This document shows positions 14,346-28,529 of a stretch of DNA of 64,000 nt, one piece after another (positions within the stretch are counted from its first letter, which is position 1; each line of letters begins with the position of its first letter). This DNA comes from Octopus vulgaris (taxonomy: Eukaryota), in assembly GCA_951406725.2 (NCBI GenBank), contig OX597829.1, positions 46,562,001-46,626,000 on the forward strand, given 5' to 3'. Below the pieces are notes generated by a model. It searched no databases. It worked only from the letters and a program-made list of their open reading frames with translations, and was not told the origin of the DNA. A program made the position numbers and the translations under genes.

Positions 14346-14572
14346 TAGTTAACAACGCTATTAAGAACAGCGTCTTCTCTAAGAATGACCTTGTAACACG
14401 GTTCTTTGGTAAGGTGAAAACGGCGAAGGCGCTCACATACAATGGCGAGAACTTCTTTCGAAAGTATTCGCGTCATTCTGTTACTCAAATATATTTTGGG
14501 TTAATGAATTTTTAATTTAAGAAAAAGATCTTCAAAGAAAGAAGGAAATACATAGACATAAAATGTAACCAT

Positions 14573-14738
14573 AGGCGCAGGAGTGGCTGTGTGGTAAGTA
14601 GCTTGCTTACCAACCACATGGTTCCGGGTTCAGTCCCACTGCGTGGCACCTTGGGCAAGTGTCTTCTGCTATAGCCCCGGACCGACCAATGCCTTATGAG
14701 TGGATTTGGTAGACGGAAACTGAAAGAAGCCTGTCGTA

Positions 14739-14783
<45 letters not shown>

Positions 14784-14971
14784 CTGTGTTTGTCTCCCTG
14801 GCATTGCTTGACAACCGATGCTGGTGTGTTTACGTCCCCGTTACTTAGCGGTTCGACAAAAGGGACCGATAGAATAAGTCCCGGGGTCGATTTGTTCGAC
14901 TAAAGGCGGTGCTCCAGCATGGCCGCAGTCAAATGACTGAAACAAGTAAAAGAGTAAAAGAGTAAAAGAGT
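14573..14971 (+). mobile_element. SINE family A
   Basis: Full-length match. Confidence 0.9.
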
Positions 14972-14974
14972 ATA

Positions 14975-15170
14975 TATGGATCGTTAGTGATGCTTTTCCC
15001 CCGTCTTCCTTTTCTCTCGAAATTTCTTCCATCTCCTGTTTCTGACGAAGAGCTTTGCTCGAAACATAAAACTACTTTTCATTTCTTCCTTGAGCGTCTG
15101 CTAAAACTTTGCATGTACCACTTCCTCGCGTTGTTGCTTTTTTCTTGTTTTTCCTCGTTTTTTAATTAAC
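14975..15170 (+). mobile_element. Short hammerhead-bearing element, family C
   Basis: gttt-CTGACGA-A-GAGC ttt GCTC-GAAAC-ATA-aaac at 15038-15072; homologous to 15603-15772, 24388-24585 and 35343-35550. Confidence 0.65.
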
Positions 15171-15179
15171 TGTATATAT

Positions 15180-15590
15180 ACTCTTTTACTCTTTTACTTG
15201 TTTCAGTCATTTGACTGTGGCCATGCTGGAGCACCGCATTTAGTCGAGCAAATCGACCCCGGGACTTATTCTTTGTAAGCCCAGTACTTATTCTATCGGT
15301 CTCTTTTGCCGAACCGATAAGTGACGGGGACGTAAACACACCAGCATCGGTTGTCAAGCAATGCTAGGGGGACAAACACAGACACACAAACACACACACA
15401 TACATATATATAAAAAAATATATACATATATACGACAGGCTTCTTTCAGTTTCCGTCTACCAAATCCACTCACAAGACATTGGTCGGCCCGGGGCTATAG
15501 CAGAAGACACTTGCCCAAGATGCCACGCAGTGGGACTGAACCCGGAACCATGTGGTTGGTAAGCAAGTTACTTACCACACAGCCACTCCT
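15180..15590 (-). mobile_element. SINE family A
   Basis: Near full-length match, inverted relative to 14573-14971. Confidence 0.9.
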
Positions 15591-15602
15591 ATATATATAT
15601 AG

Positions 15603-15769
15603 TTAATCCAAACATGAAAACACAAAGAGAGAACACAACAATGCGAGGACGTGGAACAAGTATAGTGTTATTGGACGCTCAGGAAAGGAAAGAAAGAAGG
15701 AGGATAGGAAAAGGAAAGATCCAAGGAAGGGAAGACGGAGGAAAAATATCGCCAACGATACACACGCGG

Positions 15770-15772
<3 letters not shown>
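15603..15772 (-). mobile_element. Family C element with the hammerhead segment deleted
   Basis: ttaatccaaacatgaa...cgcggtcac matches 24388-24585 but lacks the gtttcgagcggagctcttc block. Confidence 0.7.
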
Positions 15773-15826
<54 letters not shown>

Positions 15827-15977
15827 TACGTACACATATATGTATGCATATATATGTATATATATAAAGAGAGACAGAGATAGACAGACAGACTGACAGA
15901 CAGATAGAAAGACAGACAGACAGACAGACAGAGACACAGGCAGACAGACAGACAGACAGACAGAGACACAGGCAGAC

Positions 15978-16126
<149 letters not shown>

Positions 16127-16735
16127 TCATGTATGTCTAGAAGCTGACTGCGCGTGAGTGTGTGTTTGTCATATGTGAGGTTAACAGGATGACATATCCG
16201 GACCAAGGGTTTCCTGTTTATCTTATGTATGTCAAGCATATATCAGAGACATCAAACTCTGCAGTTTTGCGAATCTCCTACTTGAGGGATCTCACGGTAG
16301 AAATAATATCAGAACATGATCTCCTTAAAAATCTCACACAAATATGATTTTCAACAAATATGGTGATTTGACCTGGGGTCACGTTTATAACGTTTGCCAG
16401 AAAACAAAAAAAAAACGTATATATATATATATAAAAAAGCGGAAATAAAACAAAAACACTAAGATGGTTTTTCTTCTCGTTTATGATAATAGCAGTATTT
16501 AAAAACCATTTTTCGTTTAATAACAACAATCTATATAGTTTTAGTACGAAGATTACACAATATAAATATTATGTGTGCGTGAGTCTGTACGTGTGTGTAT
16601 TCCTTGCGTTGCATAAATTTCAACAATACTGTATAACATACATACTTGCGCACCACCGTTGAGCCAAACTAAATCCTCGAATTTCTTTTGTCCATTATAT
16701 AAACTTTATTCTTACTAACATGCATACATGCACGT

Positions 16736-16792
<57 letters not shown>

Positions 16793-16794
<2 letters not shown>

Positions 16795-17338
16795 GAAGGG
16801 GTGTTCGGTGTTTACAGTCGACATTTTGCATAAAAGGAAAAGGAAACAATATCTAATTCAAAAACAAAAATATGTTAAAACATAAAACGGTTCCAAGTAC
16901 ATTTATGCTGAGATAACAGTTTACTGAAAGTAGCCACCCTCACCTTTCACCACAAGCTCAACACGGCTCCGGAACATGGTACATGCATCCCTAAGCGTGT
17001 CTATCTGAGATCTTCCATATACCTTGACCATGGCCGGTAGCTCAGTGGTTGGTATCTTTCTCAACCGGACTCCACATGTAGTAGCAATACGTGGGATTAC
17101 TGTATGCAGAATTAGGAATCCAGAAACTGAGGCTTATGAAGTCTTAGTAAGTCTGCGACAGGCACTTCTGACTCTTTAAGCAGGTACGGCAAGGAGCTGA
17201 ATTTGTCATACATCTGGCTTTCCAGCGGCAATCATCTCCAGCCAGGGTTTGATCGAAGTCTTCAGCAGCCTAAAGCACTTTTCACCATTTGTATGATTTC
17301 ACAAAATGTTGTCAAATTTAGCCCGAGCACACTCTATA
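16793..17338. mobile_element. Decayed Tc1/mariner-type non-autonomous element
   Basis: Imperfect TIRs (gggtgttcgg... / ...cccgagcacactcta); no intact ORF. Confidence 0.4.
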
Positions 17339-17381
17339 TCTATGTATATATAAACATATTAACTGATAAAGAAAGATATAG

Positions 17382-17462
17382 AGTGTCTTCTGCTATAGCC
17401 CCGGGCCGACCAATGCCTTGTGAGTGGATTTGGTAGACGGAAACTGAAAGAAGCTTGTCGTA

Positions 17463-17520
<58 letters not shown>

Positions 17521-17739
17521 AGTGTGTGATTGTGTGTCTGTGTTTGTCCCCCTAGCATTGCTTGACAACCGATGCTGGTGTGTTTACGTCCCCGTCACTT
17601 AGCGGTTCGGCATAAGAGACTGATAGAATAAGTACTGGGCTTACAAAGTATAAGTCTCGGAGTTGATTTGCTCGACTAAAGGCGGTGCTCCAGCATGGCC
17701 CGACTGAAACAAGTAAAAGAAGTAAAAGAGTAAAAGAGT
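17382..17739 (+). mobile_element. SINE family A, 5'-truncated
   Basis: Starts inside the CORE-like block. Confidence 0.85.
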
Positions 17740-17993
17740 ATATAAATATATAAAATAAAATGACTTCCCTTTTGTTAAATATATCTTGGTTAAATATTCT
17801 ATACAATCAGCTGTCAATTTGTAACGCTCTCTTTTGCAAAATATTTTCGTTTGTAATGTAAATATACTTAACAGATAGACACATAATTACCTTGACATTA
17901 AGTGATGAAATTATACTCGAAATAACGTATTTTAGCTTGGAATATTACAGACTATATGATGAAAATGAGAAAATGAAAAAGATCAAATTACAT

Positions 17994-18726
17994 AACAAGA
18001 ACACTCAGAGAGTGCAAACCTCCGCCAAGGCAACACCAACGTCCTCTCAACGATTAGCCAGAGATGATTTTTGAAATGAGAATATCTTAAATAAACTCGA
18101 CCGCTCTCACAAACGAGAATGCTGATGAGAATTAACCCGACCGCTCTCAAAAATTAAGTAAAAAAAACTGGAAAAATCCTCGACCGATACCAGATGTATC
18201 CAAAAATCTAATGTGTTCGTGCCAGTGAGGAAGTTAATTTGTGTGAGGCCAATTTTTGTGAAACCAAAAACCGTCAAACGCAGTCTGAATTTCTGACCGG
18301 TGTATATATGTTACCCTTATAACTTTTGACTGAACGTCTGGTGTAGCATTTCTTTACTACCCACAAGGGGCTAAACACAGAGAGGACAAACAAGGACAGA
18401 CAAACGGATTAAGTCGGTTATATCGACCCCAGTGCGTAACTGGTACTTATTTAATCGACCCCGAAAGGATGAAAGGCAAAGTCGACCTCGGCGGGAATTT
18501 GAACTCAGAACGTAACGGCAGACGAAATACGACTACGCGTTTCGCCCGGCGTACTTAACGGTTCTGCCAACTCGTCGCCTTTTAATCAGTGAGGAAGTTA
18601 GACAGCCCTTAAAGTATCATCCGAATCCATCCAGTGGTTTTTGAGATATTTTGTCCACGGACCAACAAACACACAAACAAACACGACTGAAAACAATACC
18701 CCCGCCTTAGCGAAGGCGGAGGTAAA
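17994..18726 (-). mobile_element. DINE-1/HINE-like (Helentron-associated) non-autonomous element, interrupted by an insertion
   Basis: Minus strand: tttacctccgcc plus adjacent inverted aaggcggggg, (GTTT)-type microsatellite, 3' sub-TIR ggcggaggt then hairpin cactctctgagtg. Confidence 0.65.
18348..18582 (-). mobile_element. SINE family B with extra 3' sequence (18237-18350) inside a 14-bp TSD
   Basis: TSD cagtgaggaagtta at 18223-18236 and 18587-18600. Confidence 0.85.
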
Positions 18727-19232
18727 TATATAAGGATTATATGATGTACTTCATTCAACTTCTCTTTTCTTCGTTCCATTTGTGAGTAAAATAGGAAATA
18801 ATATATCTAACTAGATATTTACCTCTTTTGAAACGAGAAAAGGACCAATGAGTAATCTCTGATATATACACACACACATACATACATGTGTGCGTATACA
18901 TATATATATACATACATATATGTACATATACATATTCATATGTACACATACATATTCACATGTACACATACATATTCATATGTACACATACATATTCACA
19001 TGTACACATACATGTATACATACATATTCACATAATATACGCATGTACACATACATATACGCATACATACATATGTATATATGCGTACATGTATGTGTAC
19101 ATGAATGTATATACGTATATATATTTATACACGCCCACACATGCACACACACACACACACAAACACACACATGCAGGCACACACGTCATGGACGGTAACG
19201 CACAGAATCATATCGAGGGTATGGTATATATA

Positions 19233-19288
<56 letters not shown>

Positions 19289-19320
19289 TATAAATATATA
19301 TATATATGTGTATATATATG

Positions 19321-19383
<63 letters not shown>

Positions 19384-20015
19384 AGAGAGAGCAAGAGAGA
19401 AGAAGAGGAGTAAAGTGGGTGTGAGAAGATATAGATTAAACAGACAGAAATAGGTGAGTATTATGGGTATGTGTAAAATAGATGATAAAATTATGAAAGC
19501 GTAAAATAAAAAGCTTAATCAAATGAAGGTAAGAAATGAAAACACGTGTAGAGCTGGAAGCGATATTGATACATAAAAGAGCTTTGGAAAGAAGATGTCA
19601 AAAAAAGCGGGGAACTTAATCATAAGGACAATGGATTTGCTCGAGGAGGAGGAGAAAAAAAAGAAATTTGTGTATATAAAGATGGGATTTATGTATGCAC
19701 ACGAACGCACGCGTACACGCACGCACACGCACGTACACGCTCTCACACATACACAAAGGCATGTATGTAGGTATGTAAATGAAAACATGAAAGGCATTCG
19801 GTTGTATGAGTCTGTATAAATATATATGTACACATCTATATGCCGAGGAGAAACACGTAAAAATATAGCAACATGGACGTACGCGCACTCACACACACAT
19901 ATATAATATATAAGATAGATAAGAGAGTAAGAACCATATATTTATATATATATATATCCTAGCACACCCTATATATATATATATATATATCCTAACACAC
20001 CCTATATCCTAGCAC

Positions 20016-20080
<65 letters not shown>

Positions 20081-20140
20081 AATCGTGTATGTATATAGAA
20101 ATAGATATAGATACACAAATATATATATATATATATATAT

Positions 20141-20538
20141 AGGCGCAGGAGTGGCAGTGTAGTAAGTAGCTTGCTTACCAACCACATGGTTCCGGGTTCA
20201 GTCCTTCTGCGTGGCACCTTGGGCAAGTGTCTTCTACTATAGCCCCGGGCCGACCAATGCCTTGTGAGTGGATTTGGTAGACGGAAACTGAAAGAAGCCC
20301 GTCGTATATATGTATATATATATGTGCGTGTGTGTTTGTGTATCTGTGCTTGTCGCCCTAGCATTGCTTGACAACCGATGCTGGTGTGCTTATGTCCCCG
20401 TCTCTTCGGCAAAAGAGACCGATAGAATAAGTACTGGGCTTACAATGAATAAGTCCCGGGGTCGAATTGCTCGATTAAAGGCGGTGCTCCAGCATGGCCG
20501 AAGCCAAATGACTGAAACAAGTAAAAGAGTAAAAGAGT
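20141..20538 (+). mobile_element. SINE family A
   Basis: Full-length match within (TA)n. Confidence 0.9.
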
Positions 20539-20541
20539 ATA

Positions 20542-20590
<49 letters not shown>

Positions 20591-21779
20591 CGACCTGGTG
20601 GCCATAACCCGAATTTACAGAATCAACGAGGATACGGTGAATTGAAGCCAACGCCATACGATGAATCTTTGTAAAATATTAATAATATTCAGCATAAAAA
20701 CAGCTTACATACAAACGAATATATACACAAACAAACAGCAGATGCTACACCAGACATATATACACTGGTCAGAAATTCAGACTGCGTATGACGGTTTTTG
20801 GTTTCACCAAAATTGGCCTCACACGAATTTGGTTTTTCCAAATATGCTTTCCCCAAAATTTTGGGTTTCATAAAATCCGGATTTCCATTTTAGTACAAAT
20901 TCCATTTTCGAACCTCGGATTTCGACAGTGGATTTCGAACCTCGACTTCATAAAATCTATCTTCTATCAAATCAGTGTCCAACCTTGGAATGTAGAAACC
21001 TTGGACCTAAACATAATTAACTCTAATGTCAAAGCAACCATTTAAGCTAAAAGTTCATGGCACAAAACGGCTGCCAGACAACATCAATAATTATAGTTAA
21101 AAATTAAATAGTCAAAAAGCTAGTTTGCTTTAAATTCACACAAATCTGCTTCATACAAGTATGCTGAGTAACCATTAGACAAAATTTGCATTTAGTTGTC
21201 TAATACAAAAATTTGGCTACATGAAAAAATTAAATTCATACACTCTTTAGCTGTTTATACAAATTTTAACATTTATCTTAACAGAGAATAGCTAGCAAAA
21301 TTACTACACAACCTGCCACAAATGCAGGATTCAAGATTCACATAAATATTATAACATAACATAACTTAAGAGTTTTTTTTTTTTTTGTACTCACACAGAT
21401 GTGACAGAAATTATCTTAAATTTGACAAAAGTTGTGGCGAATTCTTGGAGTATAAAATAAATCCATAAATACCTAACAAAAAGCACAAAGTGCATAAGCT
21501 AAACAGGCAATCATGGCTTCCAGAATCCAAGTCAACAACTTTACTTCCCTTATTTTGGCACTACAGCCATAACAGAGGTTGACAGCACAAGGACAGACAA
21601 AGCATTACATTGGGGGTACATGAAAATAGATATCGAATGAATTATGAATATAATTAAAATGAGAATGAAATGGCTTTCCTACCCTCAAAGTAGGTAGTTT
21701 CATTTTACTGTTTTTTAAATCACAGTTTTACTTTATAGTCTTGTATCTTTTTCTAAACACAAAATTACAACAAATACTG

Positions 21780-22325
21780 CTTTATATCGTTAAAAAAGTA
21801 CAACAGCCGGCAGCTCGTCGTATTTATACTGAAATGGTATTATTTCAACACTTTTTTCCCCAAATAGTTCCAATAACCACTCCTCTCTTTCTCTCTCCAA
21901 CAGCACACCCTTCTTACCTTCATGGTTTACCATTTTCACTCTGATAACATTTCTCATTCTTGTTACTCTCTTTTCAATTTCGACGCTTTTTTCATATACT
22001 ATGAGGCTTCTTAAATTTCTCTCTCTAGGTATCTTTCTTTGACATCCTTTACCACTCTCTTTGTCCGTCATAAAAGTCTCTGTCTCTAATTCGCTGTCTC
22101 TTTCTTTTCCTTCCTCCTTTCTTACTCCTTCTTCCTTGCTAGTTGAAGGCGACGGTTCGTGCGTTCGCATTTAACTTGATTTTTCATTTGGTTTTCCAGT
22201 TTTTTTCTCTTTACTTTCTTATTCTCTTTTCCGTGTTTCTGGGGACACTTGGCCTTCATGCGTTCCCTTACTCCACACAAAAACATATTGGAGGTCTATC
22301 CTTCACAACAATCCTCAATCTAGTC
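21780..22325 (-). mobile_element. LINE ORF1 (gag-like) fossil, possibly L1/Tx1
   Basis: RIVVKDRPPICF/CGVRERMKAKCP (frameshifted CCHC zinc-knuckle-like), followed by a K/E-rich reading frame (ORF 21790-22170). Confidence 0.5.
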
Positions 22326-22369
22326 TATTTGTATATATATATATATTATAGACAGATAGATATATATAG

Positions 22370-22484
<115 letters not shown>

Positions 22485-23438
22485 TTATATTTAGTCATAG
22501 CACCAACCAGTTTCCAATTGGTTGCAGAACATTCTCCGTAGATGGATTAAATTGTACTTTTTGAGTTCTATGCATTTCGCGATACACGCGTACATAGCGA
22601 CACGTGACACATTCACACAAGAGACCAGCTGTACACAGTTGTGCAATATAATCGAATTAGGCTATATTTAATGCCATTTCATATATATTTTGCTTCCAGT
22701 GAAAGTTGAACAATAGCTGGTTGTCTATCGGGGCCACTTCCAAATGGGAAAGAGTGATAATTTCAAAAACCCAAAATAGTCTTATTGTGTGGAAACAAGG
22801 AGACAGCTACTAGACATGTATGTTTGCCTTAATGTGCAACATCAGCGCAATCTTCTCCCCCGTTGAACAGGATATTTAAGCTTATATACTAAAGTGTATA
22901 GCACATTTTTGAACGAGAAAATCTGTATAAATACAACTAAAGTGAGGTAAGAAAAATAAGTGTGTGTGTTTGTGCATGTGTTATTGTGTGAAATACAATG
23001 TGAGAGGATTATTGTAATGATGAAATGAGAGAGAGCAAGATTCGCCCTTTATAAGGGTCAATAGAGCGGTCTTGTATGAACGTATGTGTATGTATATATA
23101 TATATATATATAAACACACATACACATATATACATACACATATATACACACACATATATACATACATATATATATATATACGCGCATATATATAAATATA
23201 CATATATGTATGTAGATTTATAAGGTGGTTTTCTCTGAACGTCTTATTTTTGTTGTCAACTACTCTGAATTTCTCGAAATTCTTCCAAACGATATTTGGA
23301 TCTATTTGTCATTCATGAGGAATTACCTTAGATGTGTATTCTACTTACATATATTGGCGTTTGACTGTTGGATATAGTGAACCAAATTCGCTTAAACCAG
23401 TGTACCTGGATTTTAAAATCCCTTTTATCTTGTATATA

Positions 23439-23483
<45 letters not shown>

Positions 23484-23703
23484 ACTGAAGCCTATGCAGT
23501 AGAACAGTGTCTTCAATAAGTCAATATCAGAAGTATATGTAAGCTTCTGCTATCATAATGGAACAGTAGAACTAGAAAAGCATTAGAATGCCTTTAGTAA
23601 ATTAGAAGTACACCAAGAGAAGATGAAAGTGGCTGAATCGTGTTAGCAGGAACGGACTTTGCCGCTCTCATTTTCCCTTGGTGTACCTTTTCTAATATCC
23701 TCA

Positions 23704-24096
23704 TCTCTCTCTATATAAAGCTGAAGTTGTCTGTGTTATGTCAGGTTTGGTAGCCTTCATCTAACACTATCTCCTCCGAGACCCTGCGGCGCAAGTTGAC
23801 CAAAATTGAAAGTATGATAGAAGAAGGCTTGCTCTTCCTTCCGTAGAAGAAAAAGTTCAAATCGGACCATGTTAACACCAAAAATTATTTACATCAGAAA
23901 GGTGGGGTTTTTTCTATGAGAATCCCTATTTTCTACGATTTTTTGACTGCTGTGTCGCCATTTTTCGGTGCATTTCAACCTGAAAAATGTTCACTTAAAG
24001 AAAATAACAAGCTACATAATGCAACATTTTTACTTTTTAAAAACTTCAATTCTAAAGGGCCGAAACAAACCCGAGCAACGCCGAGTGATACTGCCA

Positions 24097-24097
<1 letters not shown>
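23704..24097 (+). mobile_element. Non-autonomous Helitron, different internal sequence
   Basis: 5' tc..tatataaag, 3' caaacccgagcaacgccgagtgatactgccag shared with the other Helitrons. Confidence 0.7.
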
Positions 24098-24133
<36 letters not shown>

Positions 24134-24354
24134 ATCAATATAGGGTGGCAAAAAAAATTTTGTAGAATTCTTTTGCCACCAGCGGCCTAGTAGGAAAAAA
24201 TTAAAATAGTCAAAGACCATTTTTAAGTTCAACATCAACAATAAAGGAACGGCCATAATAGGCCATTCACCCACTAGAAATAACAGCCAAAGCTTCAACC
24301 GCAAATAAAAGTTAATTCAGTAAACCAGGAAAAATTTAAAAAACATTTACCCTG

Positions 24355-24387
<33 letters not shown>

Positions 24388-24391
<4 letters not shown>

Positions 24392-24585
24392 ATCCAAACA
24401 TGAACAAGCACCAAAAACAACAACGCTAGGACGTGGAATAAGTACAGTGTTATTGGACACTCACGAAAGGAAAGAAAAGAAAGAGGACTTCACGTTTCGA
24501 GCGGAGCTCTTCATCAGAAATATAGAAAAAGTCCAAAGAAGGGAAGACGGAGAAAGAAAATCGCCAACGATACGCTGGCGGTCAC
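24388..24585 (-). mobile_element. Family C hammerhead-bearing element
   Basis: Minus strand CTGATGA-A-GAGC tcc GCTC-GAAAC-GTG at 24487-24521; adjacent to (TA)n. Confidence 0.7.
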
Positions 24586-24699
24586 ATATTGGAAAAAAAT
24601 GTATGTATGTATTTGTATACATATATACATACATATATATGTATGTGGTATAAACATATGTATGCATCTGTGTATGTATGTATATAGGCTTACATGGAT

Positions 24700-25150
24700 G
24701 CCTATGCAGTTATCCCTGAACCCATAGATCTTATTACATAGTAAGCGTTTTCAATATTTTATATATTTTGAAGGTGCTTTTCATAGCTTGATACCAGTAA
24801 TCTTTTAATTATGCGTGTACTTCTCGGTTTTATTAAGTCCAACTTCCCAAGGTTGATACGGAAGCAGTTAGTCATATAACCAAGTTTTCCAATAATAATA
24901 ATATATATAGAAATCTAATTCTATTTTCCATATGGAGTAACAGCGCACTTCTCATGAGCTGCGTATAGATGTTTTCTTTCTCACTAATCTTTAACTTTAT
25001 GCTGACATCTGCTGGGCTACTGATTTTCACTACTGTGTATAGTTTTTTTCCCCTTTCCCAGATCATTATGTCTGGTTTGTTAATCCTACATGCTATTGAA
25101 TTATTAACAGAGATAGTCAACTAGTATTCATTCATATTATGCGTAATTCT
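24700..25150 (-). mobile_element. RLE-type non-LTR retrotransposon endonuclease fragment
   Basis: NKPDIMIWERGKKLYTVVKISSPADVSIKLKISEKENIY (PD..(D/E)xxxP...K..KY-type pattern). Confidence 0.65.
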
Positions 25151-25223
25151 GCAGCCATTTCTCCGTCGCTTCTTCTGTGTCTCTTTAGGATTATGAGTAA
25201 GCTTGTACGCATGTTTGTATGTT

Positions 25224-25265
<42 letters not shown>

Positions 25266-25359
25266 TTCAGCAAAATTTAGATTCAGATGAATATGGTACC
25301 TAATTTAAAGGCACCAGAATTTTGTATGGTATTATCCCTATAAATCAAATGGGGTGATT

Positions 25360-25449
25360 ATAATCAATATAAGCAACAAGGATATCCAAGGTAGAGTAGC
25401 ATGAAACAATTGTACTACTCTACCTCGGATATCCTTGTTGCATATTTTG

Positions 25450-25454
<5 letters not shown>
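25360..25454. repeat. 40-bp inverted repeat with a 15-nt spacer holding the 3' half of a hammerhead
   Basis: Arms 25360-25399 and 25415-25454; spacer catGAAACAATTGTA. Confidence 0.8.
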
Positions 25455-25518
<64 letters not shown>

Positions 25519-25620
25519 CTTTAGTCTTATATTTATAAGACTGCCATATTAGTATGGCGATAACTATTAATTTCCAGTAACGCTGCCGTAATCTCCTTTA
25601 GAGGGACTTAGTAATTTTAA

Positions 25621-25662
<42 letters not shown>

Positions 25663-26726
25663 TGTATGTATGGATGCCTGTATATTATGATTGTATGCGC
25701 ACACACACATACAGTATATATATTTATGTGTGTCTGTGTGTATGTAAATGTTTGTATGAATGTTGGTATTTATATTTGTCTCTGAAAGACTGTATTTAAT
25801 ACAAACTATTGATAAACAACGGAAGCTATTAGTCAATAGAAGAGTTCGATAGGTTCGTTTGCCATGAGAAGTATATACACTCTCTCAAACGACGTTCTGT
25901 ACACCTCGCGGCAAATTAAGTTATCGAACTCTCTCATTGTGTATACAGATTTCTTCATGAACGCATATGGGTAGGTGCGCGCGTGTATGAATGTCTAACG
26001 AAAGCATATTGTGTCTACGTTATATGCATATACACGCGCGCGAAAGTGTTGCGTTTGTGTCTTGCTCATATATTACATACACACTCACACGTACACTCAG
26101 AATCATACTCACACGCAAATATTTGGCTTTGTATGTCTGTGTCTATACCTCATTGCGTGCTGTTTACATGCGTGTTGTCTATTAATGTTTTTTGAATGTC
26201 TGATGGGTGACTAATATTAAAAGTAAAGCAGATTCTTCGTCAGTTTCTACAATGACTATTCTAGTTGTTCGAGCGTTAGCTGAACATTCAGATGCCTGTA
26301 TCATACAAGTAGCTGAACATACATATATTTGTATCCTTCTAATTGAAGTAAACTCAACACAAGGCTCTCCCTTTGAATTACGAGCACAAATCATCCATTG
26401 AGTCTTCATGCGGGTTCGGTTTACAACAATCCTGTCATAGGCTTGGATTGATTTGGGGCTTTAGAACAACACGCAGCGTGATTGAAACCAGGATCCTATA
26501 TACATGAAGAATTGTTTAAATCACTCCGCGAAAGCTGTTCCTCACTACGTGTCTAATAGATTCGTCTCGCATCAGCAAGTGCGTTCTATAATGGATATTT
26601 ACATACAAGTCCTATTGGTCAGAGTTGGAATGACATTTTCTGCATGTGACAGCACTTCTATGACAATAAAAGTTCTTAGAATCGAAGCTATTTATCTGTG
26701 AAGTGGATGGTATACTCTCTAGGAAT

Positions 26727-26935
26727 AAGGCGGCGGGCTGGCAGAATCGTTAGCACGCCGGGCGAAATGCATAGCCGTATTTTGTCTGCCGTTACGTTCT
26801 GAGTTCAAATTCCGCTGAGGTCGACTTTGCCTTTCATCCTTTCGGGGTCGATAAGTTACGCACTGGGGTCGATGTAATCCACTTAATCCCTTTGTTTGTC
26901 CTTGTTTGTCCCCTCTGTGTAGTAGTAAAGAAATA
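26727..26935 (+). mobile_element. SINE family B with 18-bp TSD
   Basis: TSD ggtat(a/t)ctctctaggaat at 26709-26726 and 26936-26953. Confidence 0.85.
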
Positions 26936-28274
26936 GGTATTCTCTCTAGGAATTCTTTAACATGTACGTAAACAAACCAGCACCGGTTGTCAAGTGATGG
27001 TGGTGGAGGACAAACACAGAGACATAGACCCGATACACACAACACGCACATACATATAAAGATAACACATCTTGACTGAAAACATCACGGAATATTAGAA
27101 AACTAAAAAAAAAAAAGGAAAGATGAGGAAAGTCTAGATTCTGGAAAAGAAATGATTTTGCTTGAACAGGTAATCTTATTTACGAAGAGCAGAATTATTT
27201 AAACATCAGTAATTAAAGAGATTGTCTCGTATTAATGAATGACTTTTAGTTTAGGAAATGGGAAAATGGCAGTGAAGATAGTGAGACAATAATCCGGAAA
27301 TGTTAATAAAGGGAAATGTTAATTCTCGAAGATTGATTAACAATAAACTTTAATTAACTGAGATGGAAAGAAAAGCGTTGCGTTTCTTCTTATACAGGGA
27401 CGTATCACACTTTAATAATGAGAAATATATCATTATTTTAAGGTCTCTAATGAGGTATTTGAAATCGGAGTAATCAATCATTTAATACTAAGTCTTCATC
27501 AAGAAGATTTCAGTTCCTTTTAGGGTCAAAACGTGCTTTAAATGTGGTCGATTGTTGACCATCTACCAAACCTAAATTTCGTTGGATGCAATATAAAATT
27601 CTAAATTAATTGACCATTAGACAGGCATTTGACTAATGATTCCATTTGGTTTCCAATAATGAATAGTGAGAACATTTGGTTTCGATTCCCTTCTGCTGGT
27701 CTTTGATTTAATTTATGCCGCTAATGTCCACGTCTGTCTCAAGTGTTTCACGTCTCAGGTTTTCTCCACAACCTGCAATCAATAAACGTGATCAATATCA
27801 TATTACTGACACTTTTAAGGGAAGTGACCAACATTTGACCGTATATGCTTACAGTAATACGTAAGATGTTAAAATATGCAAAAGTCGCCGCAGAATTTAA
27901 GTCTGTGCGCTTGCGTTGCAGGCGCAATGATCGTGTGTGTGAGCGGATGTAAATACAACACTATACACAGTACAAATGCAAGAATGTATCTATGTTTTGT
28001 GTGCGAGTGTATGTATGTATGTATGTATGTATGTATGTATGTATGTATGTATGTATGTATGTATGTATGTATGTATGCATGTATGTATGTATATATATAT
28101 ATGAATGTATATACACATACATATGTATGCATATATATGTATGCATATATATCTGTACATGAGACACACACACACCAACATATCTCTGCACATATACATG
28201 CAAATATACATATTTGAGCACAAGCTCGTATATACACATTCAAAACATATATATATATGCATAGATATCTTTAT

Positions 28275-28311
<37 letters not shown>

Positions 28312-28332
28312 AATCGGGTTGACTCTCTCTCT

Positions 28333-28406
<74 letters not shown>

Positions 28407-28453
28407 TCATATATATATATATAAGGGATTATATATATATAGCTTACTGTATA

Positions 28454-28525
<72 letters not shown>

Positions 28526-28529
<4 letters not shown>

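Noticed and set aside
26182-26409. Non-repetitive 75-aa ORF as a possible host exon
   Set aside because: No recognisable domain or convincing splice context; more likely old TE debris.
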